From Nannocystis pusilla (GTDB lineage Bacteria; Myxococcota_A; Polyangia; Nannocystales; Nannocystaceae): a stretch of DNA of 64,000 bases. Where the stretch lies: NCBI RefSeq assembly GCF_026626665.1, contig NZ_JAPNKE010000002.1:1165204-1229203 (forward strand), given 5' to 3'. The notes under the pieces were generated by a model, which worked only from the letters and a program-made list of their open reading frames with translations, was not told the DNA's origin and searched no databases. A program made the translations under genes and the position numbers. Positions 43,838 to 55,818 of the stretch are shown here, piece by piece (position 1 is the first letter of the stretch; each line of letters starts with the position of its first letter).

Positions 43838-44662
43838 ATGCTCCACTCGGAAGACCCGCACTACCACCGCGCCGCGGAACACCTGCGTGAACGCCTCGAG
43901 GGCGCCAAGATCGACTGGGTCGTGGTGTCCGGCTCCGGCTTCGTCGGCATGGCCGGCGACGGGCCCGACGGGCTCGGCATGACGGTGGAGGGCTCGATCC
44001 CGCTGCGCGGCCTCGGCCTGCCGGTGCCCACGGTCGCCGGTCACGGCACGGCGCTGGTGTTCGGCACCGTCGGCAAGCTGCGCGTGTGCGTGCAGACCGG
44101 CCGGATCCACCCGTACGAGGGCCACCCGATCAACGTCGTCACCGCGCCGCTGTGGGCCATGCTGGCCAACGGCGCCCGCGGGGTGTGCCTGACCTGCGCC
44201 GTCGGCGGGCTCGACCCGGCGCTGCGCACCGGCCAGGTGGTGCTGCTCAAGGACCAGATGAACCTGTTCGGCCCGACCCCGCTGGTCGGCGCCCGCTTCA
44301 TCGACATGAGCCAGCTCTACAGCCCGCACCTGCGCGCGCGCCTGCAGGCGATCGACCCCGGGCTCGGCGCGAGCAGCCTGGCCGAGGTGGTCTACGCCCA
44401 CGCCCGCGGCCCGCAGTACGAGACGCCGGCCGAGACGGCGGCCCTGCGCTCGCTCGGCGGCCAGGTGGTCGGCATGTCGACCACCTACGAGGCGATCCTC
44501 GCCGCCGCCCACGGCGCGGCGGTCTGCGGCGTCGGCGTGGTCACCAACGCGGCCAGCCAGGTCGGCCTGAACCACGAAGAGGTCCAGGAGCGCACGCGCG
44601 CGGCCAAGCCCCAGGTGGCCAGCCTGCTGCGCGGGCTGCTGGTCCAGCCGCCTGGCCCTTGA
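43838..44662 (+). CDS. Purine nucleoside phosphorylase family protein (PNP/MTAP type)
   Basis: VVSGSGF...GHG, VGMSTTYEA and a PNP-I phosphate-binding pattern. Confidence 0.75.
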   Translation: MLHSEDPHYHRAAEHLRERLEGAKIDWVVVSGSGFVGMAGDGPDGLGMTVEGSIPLRGLGLPVPTVAGHGTALVFGTVGKLRVCVQTGRIHPYEGHPINVVTAPLWAMLANGARGVCLTCAVGGLDPALRTGQVVLLKDQMNLFGPTPLVGARFIDMSQLYSPHLRARLQAIDPGLGASSLAEVVYAHARGPQYETPAETAALRSLGGQVVGMSTTYEAILAAAHGAAVCGVGVVTNAASQVGLNHEEVQERTRAAKPQVASLLRGLLVQPPGP

Positions 44663-44770
44663 GGCATGTCCTGAAGGGCATGCCCGAAAGGGCATGTCGA
44701 TACGGCCATGCTCGAAAGGGCATGCTCGAAAGGGCCTGTGCCGAAGGACAGGCTGTGCCCGCGGAGGGGC
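44650..44770. repeat. CATG-palindrome cluster arranged as 5 direct 14-15-nt units (GGGCATGYYCGAAAG)
   Basis: catgtcctgaag gGGCATGCCCgaaag GGCATGTCgatac GGCCATGCTCgaaag GGCATGCTCgaaag GGCCTGTGCCgaaGGACAGGCTGTGCC. Confidence 0.6.
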
Positions 44771-45135
44771 GCGGTGACCGATGCGCCCGTGACGCCGCGC
44801 CGGGGCGGGGCGGCTCTGTCGCCTGCGCGAGCACCCTCTACGCGGTAGCCCACGATCGCGAGGCTCTTGCTCGGACCCCGAGATGAGCGAGGTGGCGCAG
44901 GCGGTGTCGCGGCCCGTTGCGCTGGCGCGATCCGCAGGAGGTCGCGGCGCGGCCGACCCTCGCGCGTACGCGGAGCTCCGGCGCGTCTGCGACGAGGTCG
45001 CTGGCGCGTGGTTCCCCGTCGCTCGGAGACCGGCGAGGTCGTGGTCGGAGGGGGCAGCGGTCGGCGCATGCCGGCCTGCGCGCGCGAGCGCCGACGAGCC
45101 CGCGCGGCCTGGTCCGCGTGGTATGACCGGGCGTC

Positions 45136-46197
45136 GTGAGCGTGAAGCCCGAGCGGATCGCCGCTGCAGCGCGGGCGCGCCAGGTGGCCTTGCTGGGGCT
45201 CCTGGCGGCGCGGACCGACGCGATCGGCGAGTCGCTGGCGCGCACCCACGGGATGGTCGCGTGGGATCGGCACAAGACGATCGGCAAGCTCCAGCGCGGG
45301 CTGTGGGCGCTCCGTGAGCAGCGCTTCCACGGGCTCGGGGGGCCGCCCGCGCGGGTGTGCGAGCGCAAGGACCAGCCGCTCGAGAGCCTGCTGATCGTCA
45401 GCACGCTGCTGCGCCAGGGCAGGCGCGTGCACCTCGAAGTCGAGGCGGGCGCGAGCGCGGTGGTGCCGGAGCTGCTGGCCGAGCTGCGCGACGAGCTGTC
45501 GCGCGAGCAGGCCGGCGAGGCGCTGACGATCGGGGCGGCCGGCGAGCCGGCTCCGGACGAGGCGGGCGCGTGGGAGCGGGTCGGGGTGACGCCGGCGCGG
45601 CCGCGGGTGGCGGCGGTGCACGCGGACGCGGACCGCGAACTGGCCGCGTACGCGCTGGCGCTGTCGGGGCTGCGCCGCGGCGGGGCCGATCCGCGGCGCA
45701 TCGTGCAGGCGTTCGTGGCGGGGCCGCTGGAGCGGCTCGAACGGCACCTGCACCGGCTGTGGGTCGGCGCGGCGTTCGGGCCGCCGGACGACCCGGAGAT
45801 GTTCGCGGGGCCGGTCGAGCCGGCGCTGGCCGAGGTGTACCGGGTCGCGCTGGCCGCGTGGTCGGCTGTCCCGGGGGCCAGGGTGCTCTGTCCCGGAGGA
45901 CAGCTCGAGCGCCCGGGCGATCCGCGGACGTACCTCGCGCCGGCGCTGCTGCGCGCGCCGCCGATCGAGCCGCCTCCCGCCCACGCCGGGGCGATAGGCC
46001 CGCTGGTGGTGCTGCACCCGTGCGAGCCGGCCACGCTCGACGCGGCGCTGGCGGCCTGTCGCGCCCGCGGGGACGTGATCCAGCCGCTCGGGCCGGAGGC
46101 GTGGCGCCAGCGCGTCGGCACCCCGCCGATGGCGCCGCTGCAGCCGCTCGCGCTGGGCCGGCTGCCGCCCGGGCTGCCCGAGCCGCGGCCGACGTGA
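45136..46197 (+). CDS. Hypothetical protein (GTG start)
   Basis: 353-aa ORF with coding-like GC3 upstream of the helicase. No domain recognised. Confidence 0.3.
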   Translation: MSVKPERIAAAARARQVALLGLLAARTDAIGESLARTHGMVAWDRHKTIGKLQRGLWALREQRFHGLGGPPARVCERKDQPLESLLIVSTLLRQGRRVHLEVEAGASAVVPELLAELRDELSREQAGEALTIGAAGEPAPDEAGAWERVGVTPARPRVAAVHADADRELAAYALALSGLRRGGADPRRIVQAFVAGPLERLERHLHRLWVGAAFGPPDDPEMFAGPVEPALAEVYRVALAAWSAVPGARVLCPGGQLERPGDPRTYLAPALLRAPPIEPPPAHAGAIGPLVVLHPCEPATLDAALAACRARGDVIQPLGPEAWRQRVGTPPMAPLQPLALGRLPPGLPEPRPT

Positions 46198-46626
46198 CGG
46201 CGAGCGCGGGGGGCGGTGACGCGTCGGGGGGTGCTCTGAGATTGGCGCCGATGGGACCGCGCCCGTCTCGTCCGTGGACGAGCAGTCGAGCGGTGCCATG
46301 ACGCGACGGACCATCCTCCATCGCTCGTGCCGCGCGCCCGCGCCGAGGCGCTCGCGTCTTCGGGGCTCGGCGAACGCGTTCGCGTCCGCCTCGTGGTCCG
46401 TGTCTCGCGTCGCCGCCATGCGCTCGGGGCAGCGCGACCTTTCGCGCCGGTCATGAAAGTCGGCGTCGAGTTTCGCGGGTCGCGGGAGCAGACCGGTCCT
46501 CGCGCGCGACCGGGGGGCACGGGCGAATCGGGGTCGTGAGCGCGGCGGTCGCGGGCGCGCCGCCGGGGCCCCTGCGGGCGCCCGGCGGCCACGGAGAGGC
46601 GAGGCGGCTGACAGCGCAGCCCGGTC

Positions 46627-49578
<2,952 letters not shown>

Positions 49579-49584
49579 AGTTGT

Positions 49585-49672
49585 CCTGAGAGACATGCAG
49601 GTTCGGACATGCCCGGACGGGCATGTCGTACGCGACATGCCCGCGAGGACATGTCCTTGAGGCTAGGGCCGG
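49585..49672. repeat. CATG-palindrome cluster between convergent genes
   Basis: gacatgcaggttcGGACATGCCCggacGGGCATGTCgtacgcGACATGCCCgcgagGACATGTCCttgagg. Confidence 0.65.
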
Positions 49673-50713
49673 TTGACGGCGACGGTGATCGAGGAGATCC
49701 CGCTGCCGAGGCCGATGATGTCGGGGCTGCCGTCGCCCTCGAGGTCGGCGACGTGGAGCCCGTCGCCCTCGTTCAGGAGCTGGAGATAGGCGGTCATGTG
49801 CGGGGCGAAGCCCCTGGCCGTCGCCGCGGCGGACCGACACGGGGCCGGTGCCGGCGGTGACGAGGTCGAGGGCGCCGTCGCTGTCGAGGTCCCCGGCGGC
49901 GAGGAGGCGGGCGCCGCAGTGGACCGGGTAACGGGCCGTGAGCGGGAAGTCGCCGCTCTTCTGCAGGAAGACGACGAGCTCGCTGGTCTCGAATTCGGTG
50001 TTGGTGGCGACGCCGGCGAGGTCGCCGAGGCCGTCGCCGTCGAGGTCGGCGACGACGAAGTCGTGGAACCATAGCTCGGCCGGCATGCTCGGGGCGGAGG
50101 TCGTCTGGACGTCGCCCTGGTGGCGGACGAGCATGCCGCTGCCGCCCTGGGTGAACACGAAGTCGTCGGCGCGGCCGTCGCCGTCGAGGGCGCCGAGGAC
50201 GTAGCCGGGCGTGGCCTGCTCGAGGGCCGGGCCGACGCTCTCGGTGAATTCGCCGGTGCCGTCGCCGAGCAGGACGACGAGGCCGTCGAGCGCCTCGGTG
50301 TGGGCGACGGTGATGATGTCGAGGTGGCCGTCTTCGTTCCAGTCGACCGCGTCGAGGGTCATGACGTTGTCGGCGAGGTGGACGACCTGGTCGTCGGCGA
50401 GGCCGCCCTGGCCGTCGAGGAAGAGGACGTGGACGCTGACGCCGTCGACGCCGATCGAGTGGGCGAGGACGTCGAGGACGCCGTCCTCGTCGAAGTCGCC
50501 GCTGGCGCGCACGACGGGCTGGTCGCCGATCGACTGCGGCCACGGCTGCGAGTCCGAGGTCGCCGGCGCGAACAGCTCGGCGCCGAGGGTGCCGTCGGCG
50601 AAGGTCATGAGCAGGTCGGCGCCGTGGAGATCGTCGAGCGGGAGGACGAGGCTCGAGGTGACCGGCTGCGAGCCGAAGCCGAGGGTGCCGAGGATGCACA
50701 GCTCGCCCGCCAC
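49663..50713 (-). CDS. FG-GAP/VCBS repeat (integrin-alpha-like beta-propeller) protein, frameshift at about 49805
   Basis: Repeated DxDxDGxxD calcium-binding loops (DFDEDGVLDV, DWNEDGHLDI, DLDGDGLGDL, DLDSDGALDL). The true C-terminus (...HVADLEGDGSPDIIG...VNRP*) is in the adjacent frame, ending at 49663. The N-terminus probably extends to the ATG at about 50993 via another C-run frameshift, giving a signal peptide plus a Cys-rich segment. Confidence 0.55.
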
Positions 50714-51179
50714 GAACTGACCGTCGAAGCAGGTGGCCTCGGCGGCGAAGCTGTCGACGAGCTCGCAGGTGCCGAGCTCGCCGCCGGTGTCGGTGGGATC
50801 GATGCCGGTGTCGGTGGTGGGTGCGCCCGAGTCGGTGGCCGGTCCGTCGGTGGTGTCGCCGGGTCCCTCGGAGGTGTTGCCGGAGCCGCCGCCGGAGGCG
50901 TGCTCGCAGTCGCCGATGCAGTGCTTGATATCGAGGTCACACGCGGGGAGGAGAGAGGAGGATCGGGAGGGTCGATAGCGGAGGGATACGCATGGTGGCC
51001 TTTCAGCGAGTGAGTGCCTCGGGGCTCGGGGTTCCGTTCGCCGATCTTCGCGCCTTCGCTGCGGCGGTGATCGAGGTGGCCGCTCGCGTCACGGCGGGCT
51101 CGCCGGGGCGAGGTGGCCAGCGTCCCGGCCTCGGCGACGCTGGACGTCGCGCTTCGTCGCTCGGCGCGGCGGTCCTCCC

Positions 51180-51370
51180 GAGCGGCGAGAGTTCGGCGCG
51201 GCAGCAGAGACTCTGTCCGAAGGGACATGTACGGAGGGGCGCGGCGCGGGTGGTCGAGCGATGTTGCGGGCCGAGGCAGATGCCCATGTACGGAGGGGGG
51301 CGCGGCGCGGGTGGTCGAGCGATGAGGCAGATGCCGCGGGAGAGTGAACGGACAGGTCGTAAAGGACAGG
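51180..51370. repeat. Repeat region: 36-bp direct repeat x2 (gtacggagggg(g)cgcggcgcgggtggtcgagcgatg) flanked by GGACATGT / GGACAGGTC units
   Basis: Copies at about 51227-51262 and 51288-51325, plus gaagggacatgtacgg and gaacggacaggtcgtaaaggacaggtc. Confidence 0.55.
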
Positions 51371-51402
51371 TCTGCCGAGACCGGGGGCACCGAGCGACGC
51401 GC

Positions 51403-52605
51403 TCAGGAGCGGCACAGCGCGGACACCCGCGCGGCCAGGGCGGAGGCGGGCCAGCGGGCCAGGAACGCGGCGGCTTCGCGGCGGGCGCGGTCGTGTTCGC
51501 CGAGGCGGCAGCGGGCCTCGATCGCGGCGGCGGCGGTCTCCTGGGCGAACACGCCGGCGGGGAAGCGCCGCTGGTGGCGGGCGACCAGCTCGAGGGTGGT
51601 GCGGTCGTCGGCGGCGAGCAGGGCGGCGCGGATCGACTCGACGAGGGTGAGCTCGGCGGCCAGCGAGGGTTCTTCGGCGCGAGGGATCGAGCGTCGCGCG
51701 GGCGCGGGGGGAGCGGCCGGGGCGGAGTCGGGCGGGATCGGGGTGGCGGCTGCGAGCGCGACCGATTGCGGTTGCGATGGCGACTGCACGGGCGCGGCCT
51801 CGTGGGCCGGGGCGACGACCGACGGTGGCGGCTCGGGCGGTGAAGGGTGGCCGAACGCCAGCACCGCGAAGAGCCCGGCGCCGGCGACCGAGAGGCCGAC
51901 GACCGGGCTGCCGCCGGCGAGCGCGGCCGGGGTCGTGACATGACTCATCGACCATGTCTTTGCGAGCATGTCCGAGACGACAGCCGGATCGCGCGCGGCG
52001 GCCAGGCGCCACGGCGGCGGCCCGGGCGGACCGACCACGACCAGCGCGGCGAGCACGTGGGCGCCCTGGCGCGGCCGGACCCGGCGATCGCGGGCGTCGA
52101 GGCGGCGGACCATGCGGTCGAGCTCGCGGCGAGCGGCGCGCAGGCGCGAGTAGACGGTGTTGAGGTTGACGCCGAGCTCGGCGGCGATCTCGGGGGCCTG
52201 CCACTGCTCGAGCTCGGTCATGACGAAGACGACGGCCTGGTCGCGGTCGAGGCCGTCGAGGAAGCCCTGGAGGATCGCGGCGGCCTCGGCCTGCTCGACG
52301 GGGGCCCGGGCCGCGGGGGCGAGGACGTCGGCCTCGCTCAGGGCGCAGCGGCGCGGCTCCTCGCGCGCGGCGCTGCGCCGGTAACGGCTGGCGACGCGCC
52401 GCGCGATCTCGAACAACCAGGTGCGCAGCGCGGCGCGACCGGCGAACTCGGGCAGGCGGCGGTAGACGACCAGGAAGGTGTCCTGGACGGCGTCGTCGAC
52501 CCGCGCCGGCTCGACGCCGAGGTGCCGGACGGTGCGCCAGACGAAGCCGTAGTTCGCGCGGTAGACGGCGGCGAAGTCGGGGAGGGCTTCCTGGGGGAGC
52601 GGCAC
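51403..52605 (-). CDS. ECF (sigma-70 family) RNA polymerase sigma factor with a fused C-terminal TM / anti-sigma-like extension
   Basis: Region 2 (DAVQDTFLVVYRRL) and region 4 (ELGVNLNTVYSRLRAARREL) lie in the first ~175 aa. With no stop, a TM helix (SPVVGLSVAGAGLFAVLAFG), a Pro-rich linker and a ~90-aa helical domain follow. GTG start. Confidence 0.7.
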   Translation of the reverse strand: MPLPQEALPDFAAVYRANYGFVWRTVRHLGVEPARVDDAVQDTFLVVYRRLPEFAGRAALRTWLFEIARRVASRYRRSAAREEPRRCALSEADVLAPAARAPVEQAEAAAILQGFLDGLDRDQAVVFVMTELEQWQAPEIAAELGVNLNTVYSRLRAARRELDRMVRRLDARDRRVRPRQGAHVLAALVVVGPPGPPPWRLAAARDPAVVSDMLAKTWSMSHVTTPAALAGGSPVVGLSVAGAGLFAVLAFGHPSPPEPPPSVVAPAHEAAPVQSPSQPQSVALAAATPIPPDSAPAAPPAPARRSIPRAEEPSLAAELTLVESIRAALLAADDRTTLELVARHQRRFPAGVFAQETAAAAIEARCRLGEHDRARREAAAFLARWPASALAARVSALCRS

Positions 52606-52629
52606 GATCGGGTCTGTCTCCGCGGGTCA

Positions 52630-54186
52630 GCGATTCCGTGGCCCGAATGCAGGTCGAGGCCGAAAGTGGCGCGCAGGCCCGCGCGGCCGCCGCGGTACAC
52701 CTCTTCGTCGCCGACGGTGAAGATCGGGCGGTTGACGGCCACGAGGCCCTCGACGGCCAGCCACAGGCCGAGCGGGCCGGCGACCCGCCAGCGCAGCGCG
52801 GGGCCGAGGAAGAAGCTGGCCCACGGGGCCCATCGCGGGTTCGGGACGGTGACGTCGCGGGCGACGCCGTGGAGCGCACCGACCTCGAGGCCGGCGCACA
52901 GGAGGACGGCGAGCGCCGGGCGCGGGTGCAGGGTCGGACAGAGCCGCACGACCCCGCCGAGGCGGTCGAAGCGGCCGCCGGGGCGCTCGCTGTCGCCTGG
53001 GAGGATCCGGCCGGGCGCGCCGACGAGGCCGGCCTCGACGCGCAGGCGGGGCAAAGTGACGCCGCCGAACACGCCGACGAGGCCCCCGACGCCGGGCAGG
53101 ACGCCGACGTCGAGGCCGCCCTCGAGGCGGAGGTGGCCGAGCACGCGCGGCGGTGCGACCGGCCGGGGCGTTCGCGCGGCGGAGAATTCGGCTGTCTCTT
53201 CGGACATGTCCTCGGGTGCGAGCGGGCGCGACGGCCCGGCGGGCGGTCGCGGGGGCGCGGGCGAGGCGAGCCGACCGGGGGGATGGGCTGGTCGAAAGGA
53301 CAGGTCGGGAGGGGACGGGAGCGAGGGGGCGCGGGACGGGTCGGACGCGAGGGGGTCAGGCGGGAGGAGCGGTGGGACCGGCCTCGCGGAGGGGTCGGGT
53401 GGCGACGCAGGGGATGTCTGCGAGGACAGGTCGGCGGACGCGGAGGTCGAGGATGTCCGTGGGGACAGGTCGGGGGCCGGGCCGGACGCGGAGGTCGAGG
53501 ATGTCCGTGGGGACAGGTCGGGGGCCGTGCCGGACGCGGAGGTCGAGGATGTCCGTGGGGAAGGCCCGGCGGGGGGAGGGCGTGGATGTTCGTGGGGACA
53601 GGTCGGCGGGCGGAGCCGTACCGGGCAGGGAGGGCGTGGATGTCCGTGGGGACAGGTCGGAGGGGCCCGGCGGCGGGGACGTGGCTGTCCCGGAGGACAG
53701 ATCGGGCGGCCGGGCCGGAGGCGCGGGCGGGACGACGGCGGCCGCGGGCAGACCGCGGGTGACGGCCAGGGGGTCGAGGTGGATGGCGATCAGGAGGGCG
53801 GCGGCGCGTGCGAGCTGGCAGCTCTCGGCGCGGACGGTGCGGCGGTAGTCGCTGCCTCGCCCGCGCAGCGCGAGCCGCAGCTCCCAGGTCGCGCCGGCGC
53901 GCGAGACGAGGCCGCGGGCGACGGCGCGTCCTGCCGCGTCGTCGCCGGTCGGCTGCCGCAGCAGGCCGGCGACCATGTGCAGGACGGCGTCGCCGTCGGG
54001 GCACTCGCCCGGAGCCTGCCAGGTCAGGTCGACGGGCGGCGCGGCGACCGACGGCGCGGCGGACGAGAGGCGAGCGAACACCAGCGCGGCGAGGGCGAGC
54101 AAGCGAGAGTCCTGGCCCCGGTGATCGTGTCCGGGCAGGCGGGGGGCGTCAACTGTCGGCTGGCGTGCGACCGCGTGGACCGGCAT
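52630..54186 (-). CDS. Putative composite surface protein: N-terminal secreted domain, S/T/P-rich tandem-repeat linker and C-terminal OMP-like beta-barrel. The frame is broken inside the repeat array.
   Basis: ORF 53356..54270 carries a signal-like RLLALAALVFARLSSAAP, then a domain and DLSPRTSTPS repeats. ORF ..53207 gives alternating-hydrophobic beta-strands (LVGVFGGVTL, LRWRVAGPLGLWLAVEGLVAV). The repeat translates as PDLSPRTSSTSASG in the downstream frame, so the two halves likely form one gene. The C-terminal end is unclear. Confidence 0.3.
53260..53720. repeat. Tandem repeat array (48-bp unit ggacaggtcgggggccgggccggacgcggaggtcgaggatgtccgtgg, 2 perfect copies plus degenerate copies) inside a coding region
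   Basis: Perfect copies at about 53469-53516 and 53517-53564, flanked by 39-nt and diverged units (ggacaggtcgg..., gatgtccgtgg...). Confidence 0.7.
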
Positions 54187-54344
54187 GCGGGCGGGGCAGG
54201 GCGACGGGTCGCGCGGGCGCGGCCGGGGGCGAGACCGGCCGGACCCTGCGATGCACGGCCGCTTGGACATGCTCGCCGGGGATCGAAGGCCGGGATGATC
54301 GGGTCTTCAGGACAGCCCGATGGCGAGGGCATGGCAGGCGCTGC

Positions 54345-54425
54345 GGCGCGCTGTCCTATCAGACATGTCCTTTTATAATTGTCTGGAAGGACATGTCGGA
54401 GGGAGCATGTCCGAAAGGACCGATA
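54345..54425. repeat. CATG-palindrome cluster with an embedded AT-rich segment (TTTTATAATTG)
   Basis: ctgtcctatcaGACATGTCCttttataattgtctggaaGGACATGTCggagggaGCATGTCCgaaaGGACC. Confidence 0.6.
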
Positions 54426-54426
54426 T

Positions 54427-55424
54427 CTACTTCGCCGGCTTGCGGCCGATCTCGAGGTTGTAGGCGGCGGCGGGGTCGACCGCGCCGGGCTTCAGGAGGC
54501 CGAGGTCGACGAGCTGATCGGCGAGCGTCTTCCAGCGGGCGGGGTCGATCGCGCCGATCGTGCCGCCCTCGGGGGCCGCCAGCGGCTTGAGGGCGGTGGC
54601 GCCCTTGGCCAGGATCTCGGGGCTGAGCTCGGTGTTGCGGGCGCGGATCTCGGCGTTGGCGGCGCTCGGGTCGCGCAGGTACTGCTCCCACCCGCGCAGC
54701 GTCGCGGCGACGACGCGGGCGACCAGCTCGGGGCGGCTCGCCAGCAGCGACTCGGAGGTGACGAGGACGCTGGCGTAGGGGTTGAAGCCGAGGTCGGCGA
54801 CGAGGATGCAGCGGACCTTGGCGCCCTGCGACTCGGCGATGATCGGCTCGCTGAAGACGTAGGCCTGCTGGACGGCCTTGGGGTCGAGCAGGAACGGGGC
54901 GACGCTGCCGCTGTAAGGGACGACCTGGACCGCCTCGGGCCAGCGGTACTCGGCGCGCAGGAAGCTGGCGAACGGCTCGCGCACGCTCAGCTGCACGCTG
55001 CCCGCCTGGAGGTCCTTGAGGTCGGTGATGCCCGAGGCCTCGTGGACCATCATGCAGCGCGGGCTCTTCTGCAGGCCGGGGACGAGCGCGACCACCGGGG
55101 CGCCCTGGGCCCGCGCGAGCAGGATCTCGCTGGCGTCGGCGACGCCGAAATCGACCCGTCCTGCGGCCACCTGCGGCAGGACGGGCGCGTCAGGCCGCCC
55201 GGGACGAGCTCGACGTCGAGGCCCTCTTCCTTGTAGCAGCCGTGGACGAGGGCGGCGAAGTAGCCGCCGTGCTCGACCTCGGGGAACCAGTTGAGGGCGA
55301 TCCGCACCTGCGAGTCCTGCTGGCGGCCGCAGGTGACGAGCACCAAGCCGAGACAGGCGACGAGCAGGCGGACGAGGGCGCCGAACCGCGGGCGCGGCGG
55401 GACCGGTCGGGGCGGAGCGCGCAT
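54427..55424 (-). CDS. ABC transporter substrate-binding lipoprotein (NMT1/SsuA/TauA family), frameshift at about 55195
   Basis: Lipobox LLVACLGLVLVTCG. The N-terminal frame (IALNWFPEVEHGGYF) and the C-terminal frame (VDFGVADASEILLARAQGAPVVAL...) are both SsuA-like. ATG at 55424 confirmed. Confidence 0.65.
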
Positions 55425-55489
55425 GCCGGAAGCGTACACCCGAGCGCCACGGACGCACCAGCGGCCTCGACCGCGTCGCGGAGCGGATC

Positions 55490-55550
55490 CATCGGGTATG
55501 GTGCGGAGGACATGATGAAAGAGCATGTCCTCGGGGACATGTGGCGGGTG
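55490..55550. repeat. CATG-palindrome units
   Basis: ggaGGACATGatgaaagaGCATGTCCtcggGGACATGTggcgg. Confidence 0.55.
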
Positions 55551-55560
55551 GCGGCCGGCG

Positions 55561-55730
55561 GCGGGCAGCGCGGGGCGGAGGCTCGCAGGCTCGCGGCGGG
55601 GCGGAGGCTCGCAGGCTCGCGGCGGGGCGGAGGCTCGCAGGCTCGCGGCGGGGCGGAGGCTCGCAGGCTCGCGCGGGGGCGGAGGCTCGCAGGCTCGCGC
55701 GGGGGCGGAGGCTCGCAGGCTCGCGCGGGG
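55561..55730. repeat. Minisatellite: 26-bp unit (ggggcggaggctcgcaggctcgcggc) x about 6 tandem copies
   Basis: Read directly. Copies 4-6 carry a gcgcgggggcgg variant. Confidence 0.75.
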
Positions 55731-55818
55731 GAGCTCCGCGAAACGCGGTGCGCTTCGCTCCGGTGAGCGCGACCTGACCAGAGCGCGGCGCGTGGGCTTC
55801 GCCCGCCGGTGAGATGGT

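Noticed and set aside
45136-46197. Hypothetical protein as a degenerate aldehyde dehydrogenase (FAGPV, GG-rich segments)
   Set aside because: Motif order is reversed relative to the ALDH family, and the catalytic Cys and Glu motifs are absent.
51403-52605. A separate anti-sigma gene starting at the internal Met (MSHVTTPAALAGG...)
   Set aside because: It is in the same frame with no intervening stop, so as written it is a fusion. The caveat is that an assembly indel could hide a gene boundary.
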